DNA of 64,000 bases. It comes from Azolla caroliniana (Eukaryota; Plantae; Polypodiophyta). The notes under the pieces were generated by a model. That model did no database searches. It saw only the letters and a list, made by a program, of their open reading frames with translations, and was not told where the DNA came from. Shown piece by piece: positions 23,387-36,205 of this stretch. Numbering within the stretch: position 1 is the stretch's first letter; each line of letters opens with the position of its first letter. A program made the translations under genes and the position numbers. Location of the stretch: positions 9,920,001 through 9,984,000 of the forward strand of contig JBHGNT010000002.1 of the NCBI GenBank assembly GCA_043228905.1, in the 5' to 3' direction.

Positions 23387-26300
23387 ATGACGAGACCAAC
23401 GCACGACCTGGTTACAGACCGAGCTCGACGCCTCGCCGAACGGCAAAGACGGCGTGAGACTTTCCAGCAAGCAGCGCACGAAATTCGCTCGGATCGTTCG
23501 TTCTCCAACGAGATCCGGAGAGTCGCGGAGGAATCTCTTCGGTTACAGCAAACTCGCGACCAGGACGACGGAAGCAGTCTAAGTAGTCTCTGGGAAACCG
23601 AACGCCTCCTCGAGGCGCTGGCAAGCGGAGAAAACGAGGCAGAAGCCTTTTCAGCCTACGAATCGGATTCCGAAGGGGGATACAACGTGCACACGAACTA
23701 CCGGAGCAGCAACGATACCCCCGGCGGCCCGGAGGACGACGGGTCGGATACCGTGCCGACTCCTGAACCGGAACCGCTCGACCAGGGCTATCCGGAACCG
23801 CAAACGGAAGCCGTCAACCCACCAACACCGGAAGTGGAAGAAGCAAAGCCACCGACACCAACGAAAGAGCCGGCGAAAGAATCGGAAGAGGAACCGGAAA
23901 AAACACCGGCAAAACAACCGGAAGTGGAACCGGAGAGAAAACCGGAAAGATATCAACAAACGCCACTAAACCGCGGCCTAATACTGGACGACGACATGCC
24001 GTTCCAATACTCAAAGTATCGCGATGATCCGGACGCGGAAGCGCATGTTCATGCCTTCGAGCAGACATGGGAAGCAAATCACACGTCCCAGCGAATGACA
24101 CCGGAGGAAGAAGAACGCTCGAAGATAGCGGAATTCGGGGTCACATTGGAAGGACCAGCGACACGATGGCGGCGGACGCAGGACCCGGCGACCATCACAA
24201 CCTTTGCAGAATTAAAAGCAAAATTCTTGCATTTTTTCCACAAGGAGGTCGACCAGACGACAATGGTGGGCCTGTTTTATACGATCCGACAAGAGGCAGG
24301 GGAAAGCATTCCCCAATCGTCATCCGTTTCCAACGAATGCATAGCCAGCTCGCCCGTGCACCCCCGGAGGAGGAATTACGGACGATATTTTTAAACGCAC
24401 TCCGGGAACCGTTACGCACGGTGTGTACGGTAATCGACTTTCGAGGAAGCACCATTGACCAGGTCATTGACCGGGTCAGAGAAATGGAAAAGTCAAGCTC
24501 ATGGCTTACACTGGGAGCACTGCAACGGGCGTTACCCACCGATGAAGATCTCCGGTTCCGGCAGGCAATTCAATGCACAATCTGCTTGAATGCCGGACAC
24601 TCGGCAGTGGAGTGCACCATGCGAACTCAGTGTGTGATTTGTCAATCCAAGAGTCATACAACGGACCGGTGCGAGTATAACCTGTTAAACCGACAAGCAC
24701 CACCCGTCCGACGGATCGAGCCAAGAAGCAGCCGAGACGAGGATGACGATCGTTGGCAAAGAATGAACCGGTACCGACCGGCACAGGATGTCCGGTACGG
24801 AGACAGACAAGAGAATGATGGCCGGTACGGGGATCGGCATGATAACTACGACCGGTATGAGCGATCGGACCGTTATCGGGAGTCCAACAGACGACATGAG
24901 CAATACGACAGAGACCATTCCCCTGGTTACCGAAGGCACCAGGAGGACTACGGCCGATTTTACGATCCACCACGACCGGACTACCGAAATAAAAATAAGA
25001 ATAATAAGAAACGTAATTTCAAGAAAGGTGGTCACACTAGGGACCCGGAACATGGAACCCCAAGGAGCCAACCGGCACAGAACGCACCACTCACTACGGG
25101 ATCGACTCCGGATACCAGCAATGCTGAATCCAGCAATACCCGTAAAGAGTACTGCTATTACTGCAGGCAGGAAGGCCACTACAGTAACCAGTGCCCGGCA
25201 AAGAGCTACGATAAACGACCAGCAGTTAATATGGTGGTTCCGGAAGTGGCGGATATACAGCAAGTAACCACACGGTCGAAAGGCATGGCCAAAGAGTGGG
25301 AAACACAAGAGGCCATACGAAAACAGGCGACGGAATGGGTGAACGAAGCCAATGAAAGGAACGTCGCGGACGTGGAACGGCAAAAGGCGAATACCATAGG
25401 GAGTGCCGGCGGTAGCCACCCAGAAAACGAGACATGGCAAGCACTGCAAGAATGTCAGATCACGTTGCCATTAGGAAGACTCTTGCAGCTCGTGCCGCGA
25501 TTTACGGAAGGACTAAAAACGGGCATGACAGACGGTATAGCCCCACCGGCACCAGTCCTCTTCTCGAATCCGGAGGAGGGACCGACGGTGGTGGACACTA
25601 GTAGTCCGGTGATTACAGCTATTGTCAAAGGGCACGAACTTCCCGGCACAGTAATCGATGGAGGTTCCGGGGTGAACGTAATAAGCCTCCGCACGTGTAA
25701 TGCCTTGGGTATACATGAATGGGAGCCATGTCCGTTCTGGCTATGGATGGCGGATACGAGCTCTGTACGGCCGACGGGCTTAATACGGAAATTGGAAGTC
25801 ACCATAGGAGGTCGCACATTTCACATCTCGGCTGTAGTGCTGCAGCTACAGGCGCAAGGCGCGTACCCTCTGTTGCTGGGCAGACCATGGTTGAAAACAG
25901 CACACATCAAGCAAAATTGGCGGAAAAATATGATTACCTTCCGACGCGGAAAAGCCAAGGTCCGGGTACCGACACAACCATGGACGAGCAACGGTAAGGA
26001 ATGCACACCGCTCTATGCGGAATGCGTGAACATGCTTGAAGGGTTGGCAGACGACGAAGAAGCCCAGTACTTGGAGGAACACCCGAAGATCGTACCACTC
26101 TTTGAGATTGACATAGCTGAAGCCGTAGCGCCATACTTGCCGCAGCGGGACGAAACCGAAGCCGAACCAGACAAAGATTCGATTCAGGAATTACGGCAAG
26201 CACAGGAAGCGTTGGAACGGGAAATGGCCGTTTCCCAACGGGTAAAAACATCCCAGCTCGACGAAGTGAACCTAGGAAGCAAGGACGAATCAAAGCCGGT

Positions 26301-29220
26301 ACACATCGTGAAAGAAATGAAGCCGGAAGATAAAGCGGCGATGATCAAACTTCTCACGGAGTTTCGCGACGTATTCGCCTGGTCATACGAAGACATGCGA
26401 GGGCTGGACCCTCAATTATATCAGCATCAGATCCACTTAGGCAAGGACGCGAAACCAGTGGCGCAAAGACGTTACCGAATGAACCCCAACTACGCCGCCA
26501 AAGTGAAGGAGGAAATCGACAAACTCCTAAGAGTGGGCTTCATCCGGCCGGTAAAGAAAGCGACGTGGCTGAGCCCCATCATCGTTGTTCCAAAGAAGAA
26601 CGGTAAAATCCGCGTGTGTGTAGATTACAGGAAACTAAATGCAGCCACAATTACGGATGCATTCCCTCTTCCGTTCACGGATGGAGTACTGGATGCCGTC
26701 GCCGGCCATGAAGTTTATAGTTTTTTAGACGGGTTCAGCGGATACAATCAAATCCGGATGCACCCTGACGACCAGGAGAAGACAGCGTTCGTCACCGAAT
26801 GGGGGGTGTTTGTGGCCGAAGTAATGATGTTCGGCCTAAAAACGGCACCAGCAACTTTCCAGCGAATCATCATGGAGATCTTCGGCGAATACATTCCTGC
26901 CTTCATGCAGGTTTTCCTGGATGATTTTGCAGTCTATAGCCGGGGAAAAGACCATTTGCAGCACCTACGGTTATGCCTTGAAAAGTGTAGGTTATACCGG
27001 CTAAGCTTAAACCCAGCAAAATGCATCTTTGGAGTTTCAAGTGGAATCTTACTGTGACACATTGTAAGTAAGGAGGGCATTGCTGTAGACCCGGACAAAG
27101 TAAACGCGATACTAGGGGCACCGGCGCCGAAAACGGCCAAAGCACTAAGCCGATTCTTAGGACAGATCCGATGGCACAGCCGGATGCTCCGTCACTTGGC
27201 TGACTTGGCTACACCATTACACACCGCGGTACATCGGACACCGTTCCAATGGACGGATACGGAGGATAAGGCATACAATGCCCTGAAGGTACTTTTGTCG
27301 CAAGCACCCGTCGTGCAGCCTCCGGATTGGAGCAAGGAATTTCATGTGTTCGTGGACGCTTTCGACATCGCTATCGGCAGCGCCTTAATGCAACTTACGG
27401 AGCCCAAATGGTACCGGCCGGTATATTACGCCAGCCGGAAGCTGTCCCAAGCGGAGAAGAACTATTCGACTACGGAACGGGAGGCCCTGGGCATGATCTA
27501 CAGTGTCACAAAGTTTCGTCATTACCTATTGGGAAGGAAGTTCTCCTTTCATGTGGATCACTCGGCGCTCCTGTACTTAGTGTCCAAGGCGTCCCTGACC
27601 GGTAAGTTGGCCCGTTGGACCTTGCTGTTGCAGGAGTTCGAATTCGAGATCTTCCACCGGCCCGGTATCCAGCATGTCGTAGCAGACTACCTGAGCCGGT
27701 TAGAGTCCGGAGAATCAGGCGTCGGAGTAGCGGATGAATTCCCGGACGCAGAGTTATTCCGTATCACCCCGGAAACGGCAGCAGACGACACGGTGGTATC
27801 AGAAGATAGGTGGCTGACAAACATGCACCAGTTCCTAAGCACGGGCCTGCCACCGGAGGAAATGAACCGGGACGAGAGGAAACAACTAGCGGTGCAGAGC
27901 CGCAATTTCTGTCTGTTACGGGACACTCTCTACCACAAAGGAGCAGATGGAATATGGCGACGGGCAGTCCGTAGTGACGAGAAAGAAGTAATCTTACGGG
28001 AAGCACACTGTGGGGTTGCCGGAGGACACTATGCCGGGGAAGCGACGGCAAGGAAAGTATGGCAGAGCGGCTTATGGTGGCCCACGACGTTAAAAGACGC
28101 CGTCAAGTATGCTAAGGAATGTGACCTATGCCAACGAATGGGCCAGCCTACGGAGCAAGCACGGATGCCACACCAACCAGTACTTCCACTAGAGCCATTC
28201 CAGAAGTGGGGGTTGGATTTTGTCGGACCGTTCAAGCCACCGACAATGAGAACGGGTAATCGTTATGTCATCGTGGCAACAGATTATTGCACTAAATGGG
28301 TGGAGGCTAAGGCCTTGAGAGACAATACCGCGTCATCCACAACAAAATTCCTGTACGAGAACATTTGGTGCCGATATGGATGTCCGATTGAATTAATCAG
28401 CGACCAAGGAGGGCACTTCCTCGGCCAGGTAGTTGAAAGCTTAACAACGTTCTATGCCGTGGTCCATAAATGAAGCACACCGTACTACCCACAAGTGAAC
28501 GGGTTAGCAGAGTCCACCAACAAAACGCTGCAGAACATTCTCCGCAAAATCGTCAAGGAAAACCGGACGGACTGGGACACAAAGCTCCATAGCGCGCTAT
28601 GGGCGTACCGGACGGCATACAAAACAAGTATCCGGACAACGCCGTTCCGGTTAGCGTTCGGCTTAGAGGCGGTCATGCCGGTGGAATTTCAGGTACCAAG
28701 CTTACGGATCCAACTACGGGAACGGCTGAATGAAAAGGAGTCGGAAGAAAGGCGGCTAGCAGCACTATGCGAACTGGAGGAGCAACGGCTGGCCAGCATC
28801 CTACACATGGAACTGGAGCAACGACGACGGAAAGCGTTCGTTGACCGTCACCGGAAAGGTAATGAAAAGATGTTCGAAATCGGAAAGCCGGTGCTAGTAT
28901 TCCAAACGAGGATGGGCAAGATGCCGGGTAAACTCCGGTTTAGATGGATAGGCCCGTATTGGCTGAGACGTGAATACAACGGGTCCTATCAGTTAGGGAC
29001 ACTTGCCGGTGAAGTGCTAGGCAAGTGGGTCAACGGATTTAGACTAAAGCCCTATAAAGGACCGATGCCAAGTAACCCGTTTATGCAGCCCACCGGCACT
29101 ATACCGGGAACGGTACGGATGGAAGAAAAAGACGACGGGGAACCCGTAGAAGAGGCGAAGGAAGACACAGCAACCCGTAAGGAAAAAGGTAAGGGTCCGA
29201 AGGGACCTACGGATGTGTAA
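23387..29220 (+). pseudogene. Element A gag-pol polyprotein with one frameshift (~24310) and two in-frame TGA (27055, 28471)
   Basis: Zinc knuckles, protease VIDGGSGVN, RT (RVCVDYRKLN, FLDGFSGYNQI, FLDDF), RNase H (YYASRKL..NYSTTEREAL), integrase ([25 protein letters not shown]), GPY/F. Confidence 0.93.
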
Positions 29221-29233
29221 GATCACATACAGT

Positions 29234-29271
<38 letters not shown>

Positions 29272-29594
29272 TAAAAATCGAGGTATGAACGGACGTGAAA
29301 GCAAGGAGCGAAAAGGTACGTAGTGGGCATTTAAGAGCCGCCACATTGCTTAATACTAAATTGGTACACGACCTGCGCATGCTCGAAAAAGGCGCCAAGA
29401 CGCACAGAGAAAAAGAAGAACGCATGGAGACCTTTTTTTTTCGCGAGCCAAGAAGCACAGAAGCACCAAGGCAGTGGAAGCTTAGCAAACGCGAACCTGC
29501 ACTCAGAGAACCCCCACGTTCGGAACGCTCTCTCTCTCGCTCTCACTCTCATCACCACTCTACCTCGCCATCTTTCCTCGACCTCGAAGCAGAC

Positions 29595-32264
29595 ATGGAA
29601 CCACAAACGCTGTCGGAAGCGGCCAGGAAATGGCTCAGGCAACACGAACTGGATGGGTTCTTGACCATCATGGAGGCACCACCGCACAGAGAAGCCGACC
29701 GGGTCATCAAGGAGCTCGACACAGAAGTCATCACCGAAGAAGCGATCCGTGCGCTAACAGGCCTTCCGGAGGGAGGTATTTTTCAGATTGATAACCCAAC
29801 CTCGGAGCAACTCATCCGATATTTCGGTGAGTACTCTGTAGCCGGCAAAGGCTATCGAACGCAGGGCGGCGAAGATCCGCTATTCAGGGAGATAGCTCGA
29901 GTGCTCCATGAGTACGGCCACGTGTACCCCCGACCCCCTGTCATGCCAAAAAATCGGGCAGGGATGATCATAGCCACCTATGAAGGGATCAAGGTGGACT
30001 GGCCGGTGTTGATTGCAGACGGTTTGTGCGCGGCAATCGACATGGTACGAGGGAAGGACGGCAAGGAGGGCCGGAAGCTGTGGCATGCCGTAGCTCAGTG
30101 GATAACATTGCTCGTGCCGCCGGTCGAGACCGTTCAGCCAAAGAAGCGGCCAAGATTATCGGAAGGAAGCACCTCGAAGCCCGCGTCCAAACGACAGCAG
30201 CTGCTGGCGTCGAAGGCGACGAAAGGGAAGAAACGGCTCCCGGAACCGGAGGAGGTGTCACCGGTCCTACCCGTTAAGATAACCATACGGCGACCGGGAC
30301 AGAAGGAACCGGAACCCTTGACGGCACAGATACATGCCGCTACCCAGGAAGAGGAAACGGAGGAGCCAGTAGAGCACCTCCAACGACGGTCAAGAAGTAG
30401 GACCGCCGGGACAGCGGGGGAGCGTTCGGAACCGCAAAAGGAAGAAACGCCCCCAACTCAACCTGAGCAAACCACAAGGGAGGAACCGGAACCGGTGCGT
30501 ATAGAACCGGCCTTGTCGACTTCTATAGAAGAAGTCATTCCAATGGCTCCGGAGACGGCGAGAACCGGAACTCAACAGCCGGCGAGCCTAGCCAGCACAC
30601 ACGGCGGCCAAGGAGTAGAACCAGAACGGCAGATACAGGCACTCAGGCCAGACAATTCCACAGTGAACGAGCCGACCCGACCAGTACAGCAGCAAGGCAC
30701 CAGTAGCATGTGGCTACAGTGGGTAGGCGAGCAGATCGCCGGAGCGGTCGAGTACATAGAGGCGGAGGAGAGAGCGCACCACGAACGGTTGCTCGTCACA
30801 ACCGTAGATCTAGAGACGGCCCGGTCCAGAATCTGGAGCCTTGAACAAGACTTGGACAGGGTCACAAGGGAAATGGCTCAATTGGCTTTGACAACACAAG
30901 TCCAAGCACCGGTGACTCTGGGCAATGTACAGAATAAAGCGTCAGATCAACCTGTACATAGCAATCAGACCCCGGCAACGGAAACCGTTCCGGAGAGAAA
31001 TGCGGCACAAGCCCAAGAGCTTGCGGACTTAAAGGATGAGCTAGCTGCCCAAGAAGCGCTGAGGAGCCGCGAAAGAGAGTTGAAGACGGCAGCGGAGGCA
31101 GAACTCAAAAAGACTGCTGAAAATCTACGCCGGGCCGAGGAGAGCTTACGAAAAGGCCACCAAGCGTACGACCGGCTCAAGGAGGAAAAGGAGAAAATGC
31201 TGCAAGAGAAGGACAGGCTCCGGAGAAACGCCGAAACAGAAATAGAGCGCCTGAAAGAGGAACTCCGGCAGCTAAAGGACCGGGAGGACCGTAACCATCG
31301 CCAGATCAACGGCAAGCTCAAACAAAAAACGGAGGAATTTGAGCAATTGCACCGGGAGTATAAACGGTTGCAAACGGAGCACAAGGAACGGACGGATGAG
31401 CTCCGGCAAGCAGTTGATCGGACCGCAACGGCATACGCTAATGAACAAGCGGAAACCAGAAGACGGTTGGAAGAGGCGGAGAAGGTTCGGACAGAGCTCC
31501 TCAGGCAACAGCAGGCGGAAAAAGAAAGAGCGGCGGAGGTACTGCAGAGGCTGCAGACAACATATCAAGGGCAGCTGATGCGCTACAGAGAGCAGGCGGA
31601 GGATACGGCTAATCTCATCAAGCAGTTGAAGGAGGAACGACAAGTTGTGGAAAGTAGAGCGCAAATGGGAGCAAGTCGTATCCAGGATATCATGCGGGCC
31701 TGGTTGAACCAGACCAAGAGCTTGATTGACAACGGGTCCGTCAAATGGTGGACCAAGTGGGCCACGAACGCGACGGAACTCCAATTGCTCCGGGCCGACG
31801 TAGAGAACCGGCGGAAGGAGGGAGATGATTGCTATATGCTGACTTCCGAAGACTTCACCGGCATAAGAGATGAGCTGGCCGAAGACTTTCAAGCCTTGGC
31901 AGAGGACCAACTAGGGCAAGTCCGGCAACTTGTAGCTCAGCTGGACGACGACAGGCTGGAGGCGCAGATCCAGTTTGAAAGCTACGAGAGGTCCTGGATC
32001 CGGGAAGAGAAAGCACGAGAACCGGTTACAGTCAACCTCAGTGATGAGGAACCGTTACTGGAAGGAGACCGGACCGGAAGCAGTCAAACGGAGATGCCGG
32101 AGTCAGAGAAACAAACGGAGCAGCCGCCTATAGAGCAGCCGGAGCAGCCTCAGTCCCAACCGCAACCACAGCAGCAGCAGCAAGCACAGCCGCAGCAACC
32201 ACAACCGGAAGAACAAGTGGAAACTCTGGAACAAAGTATTTTGGACAATTTGGGTGAACAATGA
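29595..32264 (+). CDS. Element A extra ORF (~889 aa; globular N-terminus, P/E-rich linker, long coiled coil, Q-rich tail), function unknown
   Basis: Stop-free frame 29295-32264; likely ATG 29595 after a CT-rich tract and CAG; E/K/R/Q/L heptad-like composition at ~30760-31990. Confidence 0.85.
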   Translation: MEPQTLSEAARKWLRQHELDGFLTIMEAPPHREADRVIKELDTEVITEEAIRALTGLPEGGIFQIDNPTSEQLIRYFGEYSVAGKGYRTQGGEDPLFREIARVLHEYGHVYPRPPVMPKNRAGMIIATYEGIKVDWPVLIADGLCAAIDMVRGKDGKEGRKLWHAVAQWITLLVPPVETVQPKKRPRLSEGSTSKPASKRQQLLASKATKGKKRLPEPEEVSPVLPVKITIRRPGQKEPEPLTAQIHAATQEEETEEPVEHLQRRSRSRTAGTAGERSEPQKEETPPTQPEQTTREEPEPVRIEPALSTSIEEVIPMAPETARTGTQQPASLASTHGGQGVEPERQIQALRPDNSTVNEPTRPVQQQGTSSMWLQWVGEQIAGAVEYIEAEERAHHERLLVTTVDLETARSRIWSLEQDLDRVTREMAQLALTTQVQAPVTLGNVQNKASDQPVHSNQTPATETVPERNAAQAQELADLKDELAAQEALRSRERELKTAAEAELKKTAENLRRAEESLRKGHQAYDRLKEEKEKMLQEKDRLRRNAETEIERLKEELRQLKDREDRNHRQINGKLKQKTEEFEQLHREYKRLQTEHKERTDELRQAVDRTATAYANEQAETRRRLEEAEKVRTELLRQQQAEKERAAEVLQRLQTTYQGQLMRYREQAEDTANLIKQLKEERQVVESRAQMGASRIQDIMRAWLNQTKSLIDNGSVKWWTKWATNATELQLLRADVENRRKEGDDCYMLTSEDFTGIRDELAEDFQALAEDQLGQVRQLVAQLDDDRLEAQIQFESYERSWIREEKAREPVTVNLSDEEPLLEGDRTGSSQTEMPESEKQTEQPPIEQPEQPQSQPQPQQQQQAQPQQPQPEEQVETLEQSILDNLGEQ

Positions 32265-32316
32265 AGGGGCCGAGAAGGGTTCGACGTACAAGGTACTGTC
32301 CCACGGGCGTGCCATG

Positions 32317-32734
32317 TGTTACCGACCGGCAAGGAGTCCAAAATACGGAGTGAAGGAATTAATTAAGTATGGTTGTAAATAAGCATAGTGTGGACGGACG
32401 GACTGGAAACGGTATGCCGTTCCAGATCCGGATGGATCCCGAATGGGTGCGATAGGCACCGTTTTGTACTACGGGCCGGAAACCTATTTAAAGGCCCGGA
32501 CCCCATTGTAATCGAGCGGATAATTAAGAGAGCATATGGTGTTTATACTTCTATGTTGATTTCCGTTCTGTACTTACTGTTATATCTTACGCGTGTAATT
32601 AACAAAAGCGATCTAATCGTGTAACCTACTTAAGTCGGTGTAATCGTTGAGTCATAATCCTATGCCGTAATCACCCTTTGGTGAAGTGTCTCCGTGACAC
32701 CTTGTGTTAGGCCTTGTCCGGTCAGAGAATAACA
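32317..32734 (+). repeat. Element A 3' LTR
   Basis: 418 bp, copy of 22916-23333, followed by TSD AGTGT. Confidence 0.96.
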
Positions 32735-34169
32735 AGTGTTACATGGAAACCCTAAATGAGGAAAACCATGAGAACTGAGATTCCACTATATCAGAACTAT
32801 ACACAAAAGAGTAAGTTACAACACTCTTCTGCACAGAGTGTATTAGCCAAACAAGGCTCTTACCATCTAGACTCAGCTGTGGCGCCGCTCACGCTCTCTC
32901 TCACTCTGTGTCTCAGCACTTTTTGTTCAACTCTAACTTCAATTTTACAGTACTTTGTTATGTTCTATTCAAGGTGTATTTATACTTATACATAATATGG
33001 GCTATTAACAAATATAGTCACTATTATCATTAATAATAATAATAATACTCTTTGTTAAATAGTTGACTAATCGACTAGTCATTTCGATTAGCCGACTCCT
33101 ATGTCAACAATCCAGTTGGCCTGACTAGTCCTCGACTTGGATCATCTACTATCGACTTTCCCAGTTGACTCTCCATGTCGACACTCTCTAAGTCGACTCT
33201 CTATGTCATCGACTGTCGGCCCTCAACTCGACCAATCGACTACTCCTTGACTTCGATTGTCGGCTAGAACAATTGGCTCCTTCCACAGGAGGGACATATT
33301 CCTAATAGAATACACGTTTTGTTGTCTACTCTCTCTGTCTCTCTCTCACTCACTATGTATCCATTATCTACATTTACCTAACGGTCAAGTTCCGAACAAT
33401 CGATTGTGTACTCGGTGTTTTTCGCACATGCTTCTGCACACGTATTCTTTTTCAATATGCTCAACAAACTCCAAATTAGTCGAATTACCTTTTTCTACAC
33501 ATTGGCTTTCCGATCTTGTGCGTGGTCTACTTTCTGCAGGATGGTTTGTACTAGGTCGATTGGGCGACATCCATTCTCTTTGTTCTCTATTTGTAATAGA
33601 TGTAATCGAGTGTGCCAAAACATTGTGTTGTCACTTCCGACCGACACAGGTTCGAACGTCTTAATCACTAAGTCATTCTATCAAATGGATTGTGATTGGA
33701 GATGGAATACCGTCGGCTTGGCTTAACGCATTCTTAAACGTGATAAAACAAAACACAGATATTAATTTATCATACTTAATTAATATGATTCTGGAATACT
33801 AATCTAATCGACTGATAGTTATATATATATAATCTGCATGATAGAGATACTGAACAACAATACACAACACATCATATATTCTAACTACAAAAATTAAATT
33901 ACTTATAACCAAAATACACCAATGTTGTTACAATGCTCTCAGTCCCTTTTTATAGGTGACTTGAGAGACTCTTCCAAGATAATACATTTGTCATTTGGCA
34001 AGAACCTACAGTTGCACTAACTTATCTGTTTTCCTACTAGGCTAAAATACTATTTCGGCTATTTCCTTACACATTAGCCCTTTACGACTCCGACTAGCTT
34101 ATTGACCCCTATACTTTGGCTAGCCAGCCGGCTTGGCTGGTGCCAGTGGCACAGTCCGACCAAGCAATG

Positions 34170-36205
34170 GGCCAGAGTGTGTAATCACAGGGATCAGTGA
34201 GGTTCTCATCCAATTATTGAATGGTAATCTGCACCGATTCCGGCATGTACCCGAGCTGAAGAGGAGTCTGGTCTCCATCGGCATGCTAGCCGAAGCTGGG
34301 TACCGAACGACTCTTAGTGCGAAAATATGAAAATCAAGAGCGGATGCAAGCATAACAACTTGTATCCACTAATGGCGATCAATTTGGAGGGCACAAGGAA
34401 TGTAGCTGAATCGCCATTTTCAAACTTATGGCATGGCTGACTTGGCCATATGTCTCAAGATGGACTGAACCGCCTAATGGAGATTGGCTACATCCCGGAA
34501 CTCCAGTCGAAAACAAACATTTGCAAGAATTGTCGTTACAAGAAATAGACCACAAGTTCACACTCTCTCCACTACGAGACGATATGATAGCCCCTGGAAT
34601 TGGTCCACATAGATATATGTGGACTTCATCACATTCGTAGATAACTGTACACGGAAGGTCTAGGCCTACTCAATTAGGTCGAAACACGAAGCACTCGAGG
34701 TCTTCTCTCAATGGTTAGCCGAAGTAGAGAACTGATCAAAGCACCAAGTGAAGACACTCCGGTCCAACAATGGAAGTGAATACACCTCTCTAGCCTTCAA
34801 ACAATACGTGTTCGAAAAAGGGATCTGGTATCAAAAGACCGTTCCCTATACTCCCATGCAGAATAGCATGGTAGAATGGATCAACTGAATGATCAAAGAG
34901 AGAGTGACGACAATGCTCCAACAATTCAGACTAAAGTTGGAAATTTGGGCCGAAGCATTGTAGACGACAGTACCTGATAAATCTGTTGCCGTTAAGAGCA
35001 ATCCGGCTCGAAGTGCCACAGGCACTATGGTCTGGCAAAGAACCGACCTATATTCAAATGCCAAACCTACACCTTCATCCCCAGGAATAAAAGGAATGAG
35101 TTGGGACCCCATGCACTTAAGTGTATATTTCTCGGTTATGGAATCGACGGGGATTTTGGTTATTGGCTATGGGATCTAGAGAACCAAAAGTTGATCTGGA
35201 GTATTGACGTAGTCTTCAATGAAGACTCGATTCTTTCTAAATGGAACCAACCGAAAAGGGTCGCCAAAAAGGTCTCCTTCAACATCGATAGAGATGCCGT
35301 AGAAGGATCGACCCACTGGGTGGAATCAGAGATTCGACAAACAATCGAAATCGATCGAGCCAGCGACCCCCCCTGCCAAATTCGAATCGGTAAGAGGTCC
35401 ACTAGTCGAAATCGATTCGACTAGAAGATTGACAAGAGCCAAAAAGGACAAAGTTGAATCGATCAACTTGCCAAAACAGGCTAAGGTGCCAAAAGGCCGA
35501 GCCGAGCCGGTCAAGGCGCCTATCTCTCTGTCAATCAATCCTGAAGAAAGGGAGTATGATTCGACACCGCTGAAATCCCATTGTAGGGGCAAGTCATCCA
35601 AAAGGATTCCCGAATATGGTCCAAGTAATGCCGATCAGCTAACAACGCCGATCGAAGAATCTAAACCGACCAAATCGGCACCTAGGAGATCCGGACGAGT
35701 CCGAAGGCCGACCGAGTTTTACCAATTTGGCATTAACTACAACAACTACACGGATGTAGGCAAACCTAGCTCCTTTGAGGAAGCTATGGTTGTACCCAAC
35801 GCTGAGACATGGCTACAAGCCTTGAGATCCTAAACGGTCCTCATCCATACGAACAAAACATGGGAGTTGGTTGAACTACCACCTGGAAGGAAGTTGCTGC
35901 CCTCCAAATGGGTCTTCAACTACAAATATGTATCCGATTCGGAGAAGCCCAAATATAAAGCTCGACTCATCACCAAGGGATTCAAACAAGAACAAGGGGT
36001 CAACTACAATGAGATCTTCTAGCCGGTAGTCAAGATGACAACCCTTCGGTTCCTACTCAAAGTTGTGGCGACAGAATACCTAGAGCTCGAGCAATTGAAT
36101 GTAAATACGACATTCCTACACAGAGCCTTGGAAGAAGACATCTATATGTCTCAATTGGCAAGCTTCACGAGGATAGGAGAGGAAGGTCACCTTGTATGCT
36201 AATGA
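34170..36205 (+). pseudogene. Second decayed Copia pol (protease end, integrase, RT start)
   Basis: RHVPELKRSLVSIG, KCIFLGYG..GYWLWD, PSSFEEAM..WLQA, NKTWELVELPPGRK..KWVF, KYKARL..KGFKQ..G; many stops. Confidence 0.85.

Larger units (their letters stand above)
22916..32734 (+). mobile_element. Element A: full-length non-chromovirus Ty3/Gypsy with extra 3' ORF
   Basis: 418-bp LTRs TGTTA..TAACA, perfect 5-bp TSD AGTGT (22911-22915, 32735-32739), gag-PR-RT-RH-INT order, no chromodomain. Confidence 0.97.
20441..33307 (-). mobile_element. Ty1/Copia element, 3'-truncated; 5' LTR 33307-22640 interrupted by element A
   Basis: PBS TGGTATCAGAGC; gag with W..LNRKAIATI..AYEMWQKL..LYE and zinc knuckle; GAG-pre-integrase LWHKRLGHMSEKG, CxxC, LELVHTDVC..YFITFIND. 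Confidence 0.88.

Noticed and set aside
24300-24320. Programmed frameshift in element A gag
   Set aside because: No slippery heptamer; falls mid-gag where relatives (19500-19540) read through with an extra base, so likely a 1-bp deletion or sequencing error.
29240-29267. Poly(A) tail of a LINE/retrocopy
   Set aside because: No TSD or retroposed body; an A-rich spacer occurs at the same place in the related fragment (~57770-57795, minus).
33308-34170. LTR(s) of the second Copia
   Set aside because: LTR-like composition, but no confident TG..CA ends, PBS or TSD.
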